The position numbers and the translations under genes were made by a program. The notes under the pieces were generated by a model. It was not told the DNA's origin, did no database searches, and saw only the letters and a list, made by a program, of their open reading frames with translations. Source: an uncultured delta proteobacterium (GTDB lineage: Bacteria; Desulfobacterota; Desulfobaccia; Desulfobaccales; 0-14-0-80-60-11). Taken from it: a stretch of 64,000 bases of DNA. Location: assembly GCA_963812015.1 (NCBI GenBank), contig CAWETI010000003.1, forward strand, positions 1,024,001 through 1,088,000. Reading direction: 5' to 3'. Shown here piece by piece: positions 30,420 to 38,575 of the stretch (position 1 is its first letter; each line of letters begins with the position of its first letter).

Positions 30420-31136
30420 GTGCCCCGACTGGAAGTAAACGTTGATCATGTGGCCACCCTGCGCCAGGCCCGTCTCGGCAACGAGCCGGACCCGGTGACG
30501 GCCGCGGCCCTGGCGGAGCTGGCCGGGGCCGATGGCATCATCGTCCACCTCAGAGAAGACCGGCGCCACATCCAGGACCGGGACCTGGAGCTGCTGCGCC
30601 AGACCATCAAGACCCGCCTCAATCTGGAGATGGCCGCCACCCCGGAGATGCTCACCATTGCCCGGGAGATCAAGCCCGACATGGTGACCCTGGTGCCGGA
30701 GAAACGCCAGGAGCTCACCACCGAAGGGGGCCTGGAGGTGGCGAAAAACATGGCCTTTCTTAAAAATTACCTCCAGGACGTGAAAGAAGTGGGCCTGCGG
30801 GTCAGCCTCTTCGTGGACCCGGTGACCCCGCAGATCGATGCGGCCAAGGAAGCGGGGGCCGAGTGGGTGGAGCTGCACACCGGCACCTACGCCGACGCCC
30901 TTACCCGGGCCGAAGCCACCCGGCTCTTTCAGGAGATTCTCAACGCCGCCCGGCATGCCCGGAGCCTGGGGTTGAAGGTCAAATGCGGCCACGGCCTCAA
31001 TTACCAAAACATCAAGCCGTTCCGGGGCCGGGAGGAGTTCGCCGAGTTCTCCATCGGGCATGCCATCATGGCCCGGGCCATCCTGGTGGGGATCGACCGG
31101 GCGGTTCGGGAGATGGTGGCGCTGATCAGGGGTTAA
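30420..31136 (+). CDS. pdxJ: Pyridoxine 5'-phosphate synthase
   Basis: [36 protein letters not shown]. Confidence 0.96.
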   Translation: MPRLEVNVDHVATLRQARLGNEPDPVTAAALAELAGADGIIVHLREDRRHIQDRDLELLRQTIKTRLNLEMAATPEMLTIAREIKPDMVTLVPEKRQELTTEGGLEVAKNMAFLKNYLQDVKEVGLRVSLFVDPVTPQIDAAKEAGAEWVELHTGTYADALTRAEATRLFQEILNAARHARSLGLKVKCGHGLNYQNIKPFRGREEFAEFSIGHAIMARAILVGIDRAVREMVALIRG

Positions 31137-31184
31137 CATAACGGTCAGCGATCAGCGGCCAGCCAAGCATTCAGCTTGGCGAAG

Positions 31185-31323
31185 CCTATCAGGCTGTTGA
31201 AAAACCACAATTTCCCCAGTTTGTCATTCTGACCGAAGGGAAGAATCTCGTATTTTCAGGTAGATGAGATCCTTCGCTGCGCTCAGGATGACAAAAAAGC
31301 CGATTTTTCAACAGCCTGATAGG
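31185..31323. mobile_element. MITE with 20-bp perfect terminal inverted repeats
   Basis: CCTATCAGGCTGTTGAAAAA (31185-31204) / TTTTTCAACAGCCTGATAGG (31304-31323); internal TGTCATTCTGA...TCAGGATGACA palindrome. Confidence 0.75.
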
Positions 31324-31389
31324 GTGTGTCCGGTGCACCAGCTTCTCGTTGCCAAGTTCATTCCCGGGCACGAGGGGCGGCAAGGTCCT

Positions 31390-31935
31390 ATGGAAAATCT
31401 TGATAAGCCTAAGGGAAGCAATGGGAAAAAAGAAAGGGAGCAGATGAAATCGCTCTCTTTCGGCATGGCCAGCGATATCAGCCGGATGCTGGCGGATCAA
31501 GGTTTTGGTCAAAAGCCCATTGACATCGTGGAAGCCCTGGTCTTCGCCATGTTTATCATCGCCGATACGTATGCTTTGGCCAAACCCGACAAGGACCAGG
31601 CTTTAGAAGTGATCCATGGTTTTTATGACGATATGCAAAGCTATTTCATTCATAAGGTCATCATCGCTGATCATAAAATTGCCGATGCCGCCGAGATTCA
31701 GTCGGTCGCTGATAAATTTTATGATCTCAGCCGAGGCAGATATGCGCAGTATGGGGAAAAATTCAAACAGGATATCTCCGACCCCATAGCCCTGTCATGC
31801 CCGACTACAGTGAGCTATCTGTTGGATAACCTTTTTATCCAGCCCCTCAATCAGGAAGAAAAAATTCACTTGATGGGCCCAGTGTCGGATAAAGTCCTCT
31901 ATTTCTGGGCCGGCTGCGTGCAGAATTTTAAATAG
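31390..31935 (+). CDS. Hypothetical protein
   Basis: About 180-aa helical ORF; GC lower than the flanking core genes. Confidence 0.7.
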   Translation: MENLDKPKGSNGKKEREQMKSLSFGMASDISRMLADQGFGQKPIDIVEALVFAMFIIADTYALAKPDKDQALEVIHGFYDDMQSYFIHKVIIADHKIADAAEIQSVADKFYDLSRGRYAQYGEKFKQDISDPIALSCPTTVSYLLDNLFIQPLNQEEKIHLMGPVSDKVLYFWAGCVQNFK

Positions 31936-32011
31936 ATAATCAATTATAAGTTAGCACGGGTATACTCGCTTTCCGAGCAGGAGCTTGGGAGCGAGGGGAA
32001 AAATATTCATT

Positions 32012-33271
32012 ATGAATAAAGATACTTTTTCAGCTAAATGGCAGGATATCGCGAATGATGGCAGCATAGATACATTTGCCCATTTAAATAATCTTTGTTC
32101 TGAGAAACTGAAATTATCCAAAAACGATGCTCTCGTTATTCCTAATAATACATTTTTTACAAATAACTTATCAGATTATAATTTATTCTCTGAATGTAGT
32201 AAAAATGTAATTCAGGTATTTAATGAAGGAGGAATTAAAGCGCAACTGTATTCTGATGAGAAGGAAAAAAGGGAACTAATACTTAAATCTACCGATATTG
32301 TCTTGCCAATTCTTTTATTTTTAGGTTCAAATGTAGTCAATCTTGGCTTAAATATATTAGCTAATATGATTTATGATAAATGGGTAAAAAATAATGTAGC
32401 AAAAATACCAAAATTAAAAGCTGAGTATTTAGAAATTGATAATAATGGTTCCATCATTAGGTGGCGCAAAATAGAAGGAGCTGCTAATGAAGTGCAAAAA
32501 CTGCTAATTGAGGAGTCACAGAATTTAAAAAAAAAGACATATAAAATTGATAAGACTATTAATAATCGTAAAGATGAATCATGGTGGATTGCCCATTGCG
32601 ATAAAATGGCAAAAGAGGCGATAATAGAAGCCAAAAAATTAATTAGAGAGTCTTCTGACGCTACCTCAGAAAATGAAAGAGACAATTGCGAAGAACTTTT
32701 AAGAAAAAGTTTGGTAAAAATTCGTGAAGCAGTGCTTTGGAAACCTGATGTTGAATCGTATAAGATATATCTCCATCAAGTTGGACACAAAATTCATGAT
32801 ATTTTCGGATGTAAACTTGATTATAGAGAAGAAATGTATTGGGTGACATGCCCTGTATTATTGTCACATTCAAAATGAGTATTTAGTGTTGGCGGTTCTG
32901 GAAAAGCTATTTGTTCAATATGTGGAAACAATATCATTGATTGTGATCATGTTAAGGGGGAAATATATAATAATGTAGTTGCGAGGCATTTTGATGAAAT
33001 TTGTAATATTTGCGGAACCCATGAATGTGAACATATTGATGGAAATATTTACAATAAAGTAAACGCATTTGCCATAATATTGGAAGCTAACCTTGATCAT
33101 GTATCATTTGTTGAAAATCCTGCAAATCCGTTATGCGTTGTCCACAAGTATTCTCTCACGAAAACAGATCTTATGAAAATGCTTCCCAAAGATGAGATCG
33201 ATCAATTTATATATGGAAAATCAATAGTTACATGTCATCATTGTTTAATCTGTAATGAAATTAACGGATAA
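32012..33271 (+). pseudogene. AT-rich foreign gene with one in-frame TGA (32876-32878); TM segment plus Cys/His-rich C-terminal domain
   Basis: ORFs 31985..32878 and 33080..33271 share a frame that stays open for 130 codons after the TGA. Confidence 0.75.
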
Positions 33272-33284
33272 TATCAAAAAATTT

Positions 33285-34151
33285 ATGAAACTCATCGACC
33301 TGCACGTTCATTCCACGGCCTCGGACGGCTCGTTTGCGCCGGCGGAGGTGGTGCGCCAGGCTAAAGAAGGGGGCCTCACGGCCATGGCCCTCACCGACCA
33401 TGACACCGTGGACGGCCTGTCCGAGGCCGTGGCCGAGGGGGAGAGAATCGAGCTGGAGGTCATCCCCGGGGTGGAGATCAGCGCCCAGTTCCCCGGCGGC
33501 ACCATGCACATCCTGGGCCTGTTCGTGGATTACCACAACGGCCGCCTGGACGAGCGCCTGGCGGTACTCAAGCAGGCCCGGATCGACCGCAACCCCCAGA
33601 TCATCGCCAAACTCAACACGCTGGGGATCCCCGTCACCATGGCCCGGGTGGAGGAAATCTCCGGGGGCGGCCAGGTGGGCCGGCCCCACATCGCCCGGGC
33701 CCTCCAGGAAGCGGGGTTTGTCACCAGCATCCAGCAGGCCTTTGATATTTACCTGCGCAAAGGCGGTAAGGCCTACGTGGGCAAGTTCCGGTTTCCCCCG
33801 GGCCAGGCCCTGGCCATGATCCGGGAGGCGAAAGGCATCCCGGTCCTGGCCCATCCCTTCACCCTGGGCCTGGGCTCGGCCTATGCCCTGAAGAACCTGG
33901 TCATCGAACTGAAAGGCCTGGGGCTGGCGGGACTGGAGGTCTTTTATTCGGAGCACACCCGGGAGCAGGAAGCCCTGTACCTGAAGCTGGCCCAGGAATT
34001 GGGTCTGTTGATCACCGGCGGCTCCGACTACCACGGCCTCAACAAGCCGGAGATCACCCTGGGGAACATGCCCTGCCAGGAGAAGCTCACCTACAACCTG
34101 GTGGAAGCCCTGAAGGCCTGGCACCGGCAAGCGTATCCTTTGCCCCGGTAG
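33285..34151 (+). CDS. PHP domain phosphoesterase (TrpH/YciV-like)
   Basis: DLHVHSTASDG, ALTDHDT, GRPHIA, VLAHP, GGSDYHG. Confidence 0.92.
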   Translation: MKLIDLHVHSTASDGSFAPAEVVRQAKEGGLTAMALTDHDTVDGLSEAVAEGERIELEVIPGVEISAQFPGGTMHILGLFVDYHNGRLDERLAVLKQARIDRNPQIIAKLNTLGIPVTMARVEEISGGGQVGRPHIARALQEAGFVTSIQQAFDIYLRKGGKAYVGKFRFPPGQALAMIREAKGIPVLAHPFTLGLGSAYALKNLVIELKGLGLAGLEVFYSEHTREQEALYLKLAQELGLLITGGSDYHGLNKPEITLGNMPCQEKLTYNLVEALKAWHRQAYPLPR

Positions 34152-34175
34152 CGGCCTCCGGCCGTCCACCGACAA

Positions 34176-34209
34176 TACTCTTGACAAATCGCCCCATCCG
34201 GAGTAAAAA
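34176..34209 (+). promoter_or_regulatory. Putative sigma70 promoter of the cbiM operon, with overlapping inverted repeat
   Basis: TTGACA (34181)-N17-TAAAAA; TACTC (34176-80) / GAGTA (34201-05). Confidence 0.55.
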
Positions 34210-34261
34210 AGGGATAATCCGGGGATGAACCCCGGGAAGTCAAGAAGATCGACACGTCCAG

Positions 34262-34314
34262 AAAGCCACGAAGGCACAGGTGCTTGAAAGCGCCGGGTAG
34301 TCGTGGTTTTTTTT
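34262..34314 (+). terminator. Leader terminator/attenuator hairpin upstream of cbiM
   Basis: AAAGCCACGA / TCGTGGTTTT stem with inner hairpin and U-tract, between the promoter and start codon. Confidence 0.65.
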
Positions 34315-34419
34315 GTTCCTGCACCAGGGGTTGCCCAGCCACCGGGCTGGGGAGCGGCCGGGCCGGCCGCCTGAAGCCGGGGGCGCAACCCTCATATACC
34401 GATTTAGGGAGATTTGCTT

Positions 34420-35454
34420 ATGCACATGGCGGATGCCTTGATATCCCCCGCAGTGGGCGGCACTATGTGGGCCGCCACCGCCGGGCTCACCTTATACAGC
34501 GCCAGGAAGCTCAAGCAGGACATGGACGACCGCAAGCTCCCCCTCATGGGGGTCCTGGGGGCCTTTGTCTTCGCGGCCCAAATGATCAACTTCACCATTC
34601 CCGCCACCGGTTCCAGCGGCCATCTGGTGGGCGCCATTATTCTGAGCATCTTGTTGGGACCTTATGCCGCCTTTATTACCCTGGCCTCCGTCATCACGGT
34701 GCAATGCCTGTTTTTTGCCGATGGCGGCTTATTGGCCCTGGGGTGCAATATCTTTAACATGGGATTTTTTGCCTGTTTCATCGCTTATCCGTTCATTTAT
34801 AAAAAGATCGCGGGAGACCGACCGGCCCCGGGCCGCATCCTGCTGGGCGCCATGGCCGCGGCCCTCGTCAGCGTGGAGCTGGGCGCCTTCTCGGTGGTTA
34901 TCGAGACCTTGCTGTCCGGCATCTCGGAATTACCCTTTTTCACCTTTGTGCTCTTGATGCTGCCGATCCACCTGGCCATCGGCGTGGTGGAAGGCCTCAT
35001 CACCGCGGCGGTGGTGACCTTCGTCTGGAAGGCCCGCCCGGAGTTGGTGGAGGCGGCGCCAGCCGCGGCGCCGGGCGCGCCGCGCTCCTTTAAACCGGTC
35101 ATCCTGGGGTTGGTGGCCCTGGCCATTTTCACCGGCGGCCTCCTCTCCTGGTTCGCCTCCACCCACCCGGACGGCCTGGAGTGGTCCGTCAAGGGCGTAA
35201 CCGGCAAGGAGGAGGTTCAGGCGCCCAAGACCGGGGCCCACGGGGCGCTGGCTGCGCTCCAGGAGAAGCTCGCCTTCCTGCCGGACTATGACTTCAGGAA
35301 GCCGGCAGGCGAAAAAGAGGCCAAGAAAGAAGAGAGCTGGCCCGAGGTCAATCCCGGCAAATCCCTGGCAGGGGTGCTGGGGGCCGGCATTACCCTGCTC
35401 CTGGCCGGGGCCATCGGCTTTGGCCTGAAAAGGTATGCTTCGCGCCACGGCTGA
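34420..35454 (+). CDS. cbiM: Ni/Co ECF transporter S component, CbiM/NikM fused to a PDGLE (NikN-like) domain
   Basis: MHMADALI N-terminus, GSSGHL, FADGG, ASTHPDGLEW. Confidence 0.9.
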   Translation: MHMADALISPAVGGTMWAATAGLTLYSARKLKQDMDDRKLPLMGVLGAFVFAAQMINFTIPATGSSGHLVGAIILSILLGPYAAFITLASVITVQCLFFADGGLLALGCNIFNMGFFACFIAYPFIYKKIAGDRPAPGRILLGAMAAALVSVELGAFSVVIETLLSGISELPFFTFVLLMLPIHLAIGVVEGLITAAVVTFVWKARPELVEAAPAAAPGAPRSFKPVILGLVALAIFTGGLLSWFASTHPDGLEWSVKGVTGKEEVQAPKTGAHGALAALQEKLAFLPDYDFRKPAGEKEAKKEESWPEVNPGKSLAGVLGAGITLLLAGAIGFGLKRYASRHG

Positions 35455-35533
35455 TCCCGGGTTTTCCCGGGCAGGCACATCCGGGGCGGGGTGCGCAGTT
35501 CGGCCCCGCCCCCGGTCTTGCTAAGGCGGCAGC

Positions 35534-36346
35534 ATGGGCACCATCGAAAATTCTCTCTATAATATCGGCTATCTGGAGACGCTGTCCTACCAGGCGACCG
35601 TCATTCACCGGCTGGACCCCCGGGTGAAACTTTTGACCGCCATGGTCTTTATTGTCGCGGTGGTCTCCTTCCCCAAGTACGCCGTCGCGAGCCTGATTCC
35701 CTTTTTTCTCTATCCGGTGGCGCTCATCGCCTTGGGCAATGTGCCCCTTAAGTACCTGGGGAAGAAAATCTTGATCGCCGCGCCCTTTGCCTTTTGCATC
35801 GGCATCTTCAATCCCCTGCTGGACCGGCAGGTCATGGTGCACCTCGGGCCCCTGGCCATTTCCGGCGGTTGGGTCTCCTTTGCCTCCATCATGCTCCGGT
35901 TCATCCTGACGGTGAGCGCCGCCCTGATTCTGGTGGCCGTCACCGGCTTTCACAAGGTCTGTTTTGCCATGGAGAGGCTGGGGATGCCCAGGGCCTTCGC
36001 GCTCCAACTCTTGTTCCTCTACCGCTATCTGTTCGTGCTGGGGGACGAAGCCGCCCGGATGGTGCGGGCCCGGGCCTTGCGGACCTTTGAGGGCCGCGGC
36101 TTGGGCTTTGGGGCCTACAGTTCTATGCTGGGCCACCTGCTGTTGCGCACCCTGGACCGGGCCCAACGCCTGCATCAGGCCATGCTTTCCCGGGGGTTTG
36201 ACGGCGAAATCCGCCTGCTCCGGCCCTTACACCTGAACCGCCGGGATGTCGGGTTTTTCCTGGGTTGGTCCGGTCTGTTCGTGCTGCTCAGGCTGTATAA
36301 CATCTCCCAATGGTGGGGGACCTGGGTAATGGGGCTGGTAAAATGA
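35534..36346 (+). CDS. cbiQ: Ni/Co ECF transporter T component
   Basis: HRLDPRVK, YRYLFVL, AMLSRGF. Confidence 0.9.
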   Translation: MGTIENSLYNIGYLETLSYQATVIHRLDPRVKLLTAMVFIVAVVSFPKYAVASLIPFFLYPVALIALGNVPLKYLGKKILIAAPFAFCIGIFNPLLDRQVMVHLGPLAISGGWVSFASIMLRFILTVSAALILVAVTGFHKVCFAMERLGMPRAFALQLLFLYRYLFVLGDEAARMVRARALRTFEGRGLGFGAYSSMLGHLLLRTLDRAQRLHQAMLSRGFDGEIRLLRPLHLNRRDVGFFLGWSGLFVLLRLYNISQWWGTWVMGLVK

Positions 36347-37095
36347 GTCACCATATCATTGAGTTGGAAGATCTGTGCTATGCTTACCCGGATGGCAACC
36401 AGGTTTTAAAGGGGATCTCATTCCGGATCACCCATGGGGAGAAGGTGGCCCTGGTGGGGGCCAACGGCGCGGGCAAGTCCACCCTGCTCCTCCAGTTCAA
36501 CGGCTGCCTGCTGCCGGAGTCCGGGCGGGTGCGCATCGGCGATTTGCCCGTGACCAAAAAGACCCTGACGCACGTGCGGCGCACCGTGGGCCTGGTCTTT
36601 CAGGACCCCGACGACCAGCTGTTTATGCCCCTGGTGTTTGACGACGTGGCCTTCGGCCCCTTAAACCTGGGCCTGAGCCCGGAGGAGGTGGAAAGGCAGG
36701 TGACGAAGGCCCTGTCCGCGGTGGGCGCCGTCCATCTGAAGGACCGCCCGCCTTACCACTTGTCCGGCGGGGAAAAACGGGCGGTGGCCATCGCCGCGGT
36801 GCTATCCCTGACCCCGGCCATCCTGGTGATGGATGAGCCGAGCTCCAATCTCGACCCCAAGACCCGCCGCCAACTCATCGAGCTTTTAAAGACCTTCGAG
36901 CACACCCTGATCATCGCCACCCACGACCTGGACCTGGTCCTGGACCTCTGCCCCCGCACCCTGGTGCTCAAGGAAGGCCGTATCGCCGCGGACGGCCCCA
37001 CCCGAGAGATCATGCAGGACGAAGACCTGCTGGAGTCCTGCAACCTGGAGAAGCCCCTGAGGATGCAGGGCTGCCCCCTGTGCCACCCGGCTTGA
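36343..37095 (+). CDS. cbiO: Ni/Co ECF transporter ATPase
   Basis: GANGAGKST, FQDPDDQLF, LSGGEK, DEP; ATGA overlap with cbiQ; C-terminal CPLCH. Confidence 0.9.
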   Translation: MSHHIIELEDLCYAYPDGNQVLKGISFRITHGEKVALVGANGAGKSTLLLQFNGCLLPESGRVRIGDLPVTKKTLTHVRRTVGLVFQDPDDQLFMPLVFDDVAFGPLNLGLSPEEVERQVTKALSAVGAVHLKDRPPYHLSGGEKRAVAIAAVLSLTPAILVMDEPSSNLDPKTRRQLIELLKTFEHTLIIATHDLDLVLDLCPRTLVLKEGRIAADGPTREIMQDEDLLESCNLEKPLRMQGCPLCHPA

Positions 37096-37157
37096 TTCGG
37101 GCCAGTTGCTGGTGGTGTGTTTCAAATTAAAGTAACAAGGTAAAAAACGGTCTTTTA

Positions 37158-37236
37158 CCCCCCCTTCCTGAAGGGGGGCCAGGGGCGGGTTATAAGCGTT
37201 TGAAATCCCCCTAAATCCCCCTTTTTCAAAGGGGGA
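37158..37236. repeat. REP-like palindromic doublet (same family as 686-775)
   Basis: 37203-37236 identical to 686-719; inverted degenerate unit upstream. Confidence 0.8.
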
Positions 37237-37326
37237 TTTACCTGCCAAGTCCGGTGCTCCGACCCCGATTTTATGTCCTGTTAATGGTGAAACGCTCCAA
37301 TAGTTCCGCTGGTTTAGGCTGGGTTC

Positions 37327-37358
37327 GTATTGACGACAAACGGACTAATGCTTATTTT
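37327..37358 (+). promoter_or_regulatory. Putative promoter/operator of the His-rich micro-ORF
   Basis: TTGACG-N17-TATTTT overlapped by imperfect palindrome GTATTG-N13-TAATGC. Confidence 0.5.
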
Positions 37359-37394
37359 TATTTAATAGATAAGGAAAAGGGAGGTGAATCTTAG

Positions 37395-37556
37395 ATGTGT
37401 TGCCACGACAAAGACAAGCATGAGCACGAGCATAGCCACGAAGGTTGTAGCCACAGCCATGACGGGCACGAGCATAAGCACGAGGCCGGGGTCCATAGTC
37501 ATGAGCATACCCACGCTGATGGGCACCATCAGCACGATCACAAGTGCTGCCATTAA
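37395..37556 (+). CDS. 53-aa His/Cys-rich metal-binding micro-protein (not in ORF track)
   Basis: MCCHDKDKHEHEHSHEGCSHSHDGHEHKHEAGVHSHEHTHADGHHQHDHKCCH*; GGAGGTG RBS 8 nt upstream. Confidence 0.88.
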   Translation: MCCHDKDKHEHEHSHEGCSHSHDGHEHKHEAGVHSHEHTHADGHHQHDHKCCH

Positions 37557-37583
37557 CGGAAAGCCACGGGTCCGCTAACCATC

Positions 37584-37643
37584 AAGCCACGAAGGCCGTA
37601 TCCGGTGTGAACGCCGGAGAGAGCGTTCGTGGCTTTCTTTTTT
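37584..37643 (+). terminator. Terminator-like hairpin, second copy of the cbiM leader motif
   Basis: AAGCCACGAA / TTCGTGGCTT stem, inner TCCGGTG-TGAA-CGCCGGA, U-tract. Confidence 0.7.
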
Positions 37644-37724
37644 GCCGTTCCGTATCGTTTTCTCGAAGGGGGTGGCGCCAGGCCGGCGTGAGGCCGGGGC
37701 CGCCCTCCGCCGTGTGGTCCGCCC

Positions 37725-38133
37725 TCAGCCCCCCAGGGGATGGGGCACGGTTTCGGGATCGGTGGGGCCGGGGCCGGCAACTTCTCGCCAGGCCATGAGG
37801 TGGAGGATCCCCGGCCCGGGGTTGGTGATGGCGTGGGCGCAGCCCGGCGGGATGCGGATCAGGGTGCGGTCCCCGGAGATGATGCGCTCCCGGACCTGGC
37901 CGGAGGCGGTTTCCCAGGTGAAGACGCCGACGCCGTGGAAGGGGTAGAGCCACTCTTCATGACCGGGGTGGAGGTGGTGTCCCCGGGTCTGGCCCGGAAT
38001 GGGTGGAGATCAGATGGAAGGTGGACAGCACCCCCCCGGGGACCTTCCGCCGAGCCTGCCAGGGGAAAAAGCTCATGCCCCGGGCGTCGGCCTTGATTTC
38101 GCCGCTCAGATCGATGAAATGAACTTCTGCCAT
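37725..38133 (-). pseudogene. Cupin (RmlC/WxcM-like sugar isomerase) with a 1-nt frameshift
   Basis: MAEVHF..DARG..FHLIS continues in the +1 frame as IPGQTRGHHLHPGHEEWL...IPPGCAHAITNPG...PLGG*; span 409 nt = 3n+1. Confidence 0.8.
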
Positions 38134-38263
38134 CCGGTCTCCCCCCTCAAGCCACTCCGGCTGAAACTCCTTAATCTTGCATTTTTGCCGTGATTTGGTA
38201 GAGTGATGCCGCCGGTCCATGCTGAAGAAAAATTCCGGGCCGGCCAGCCGCGAACAGACAGCT

Positions 38264-38566
38264 ATGGCCACGATCAACGATTTAGTGCTGGTCCACCTGG
38301 ACCGCAAACCCGCGTTTTACGCCCGCATCAACGATGTTAGCCCGGACGTCAAGCGGGGGTGGTATCAGGTGGAATTTCTGGTGCTCTCCCTGCCCTCTCA
38401 GACCCTGGTATGGATCCTGGAAGAGTCGCACCTCCAGGGAGAAGAGTTCAGCATGGGGGGGCGGCCGGTGCAACTAACGCTTATTCCCCCCAAAGCCCCA
38501 CCCCAACCGGGCTCGCCCCCTCCGGCAGGCAAGGCCAAGGTGATCCCCCTGGTTCGGAAGACCTGA
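38264..38566 (+). CDS. Hypothetical protein
   Basis: MATINDLVLVHLDRKPAFYARI...GEEFSMGGRP; C-terminal KVIPL. Confidence 0.75.
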   Translation: MATINDLVLVHLDRKPAFYARINDVSPDVKRGWYQVEFLVLSLPSQTLVWILEESHLQGEEFSMGGRPVQLTLIPPKAPPQPGSPPPAGKAKVIPLVRKT

Positions 38567-38575
38567 GCCCGGGGT

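Noticed and set aside
32876..32930. Selenocysteine recoding of the in-frame TGA
   Set aside because: No convincing SECIS hairpin downstream and the position is not in a Cys redox motif; a nonsense mutation is more parsimonious
37362..37578. ORF-track calls 37362..37553 (-) and 37384..37578 (+)
   Set aside because: Shadow frames of the His-rich ORF, which has the correctly spaced RBS
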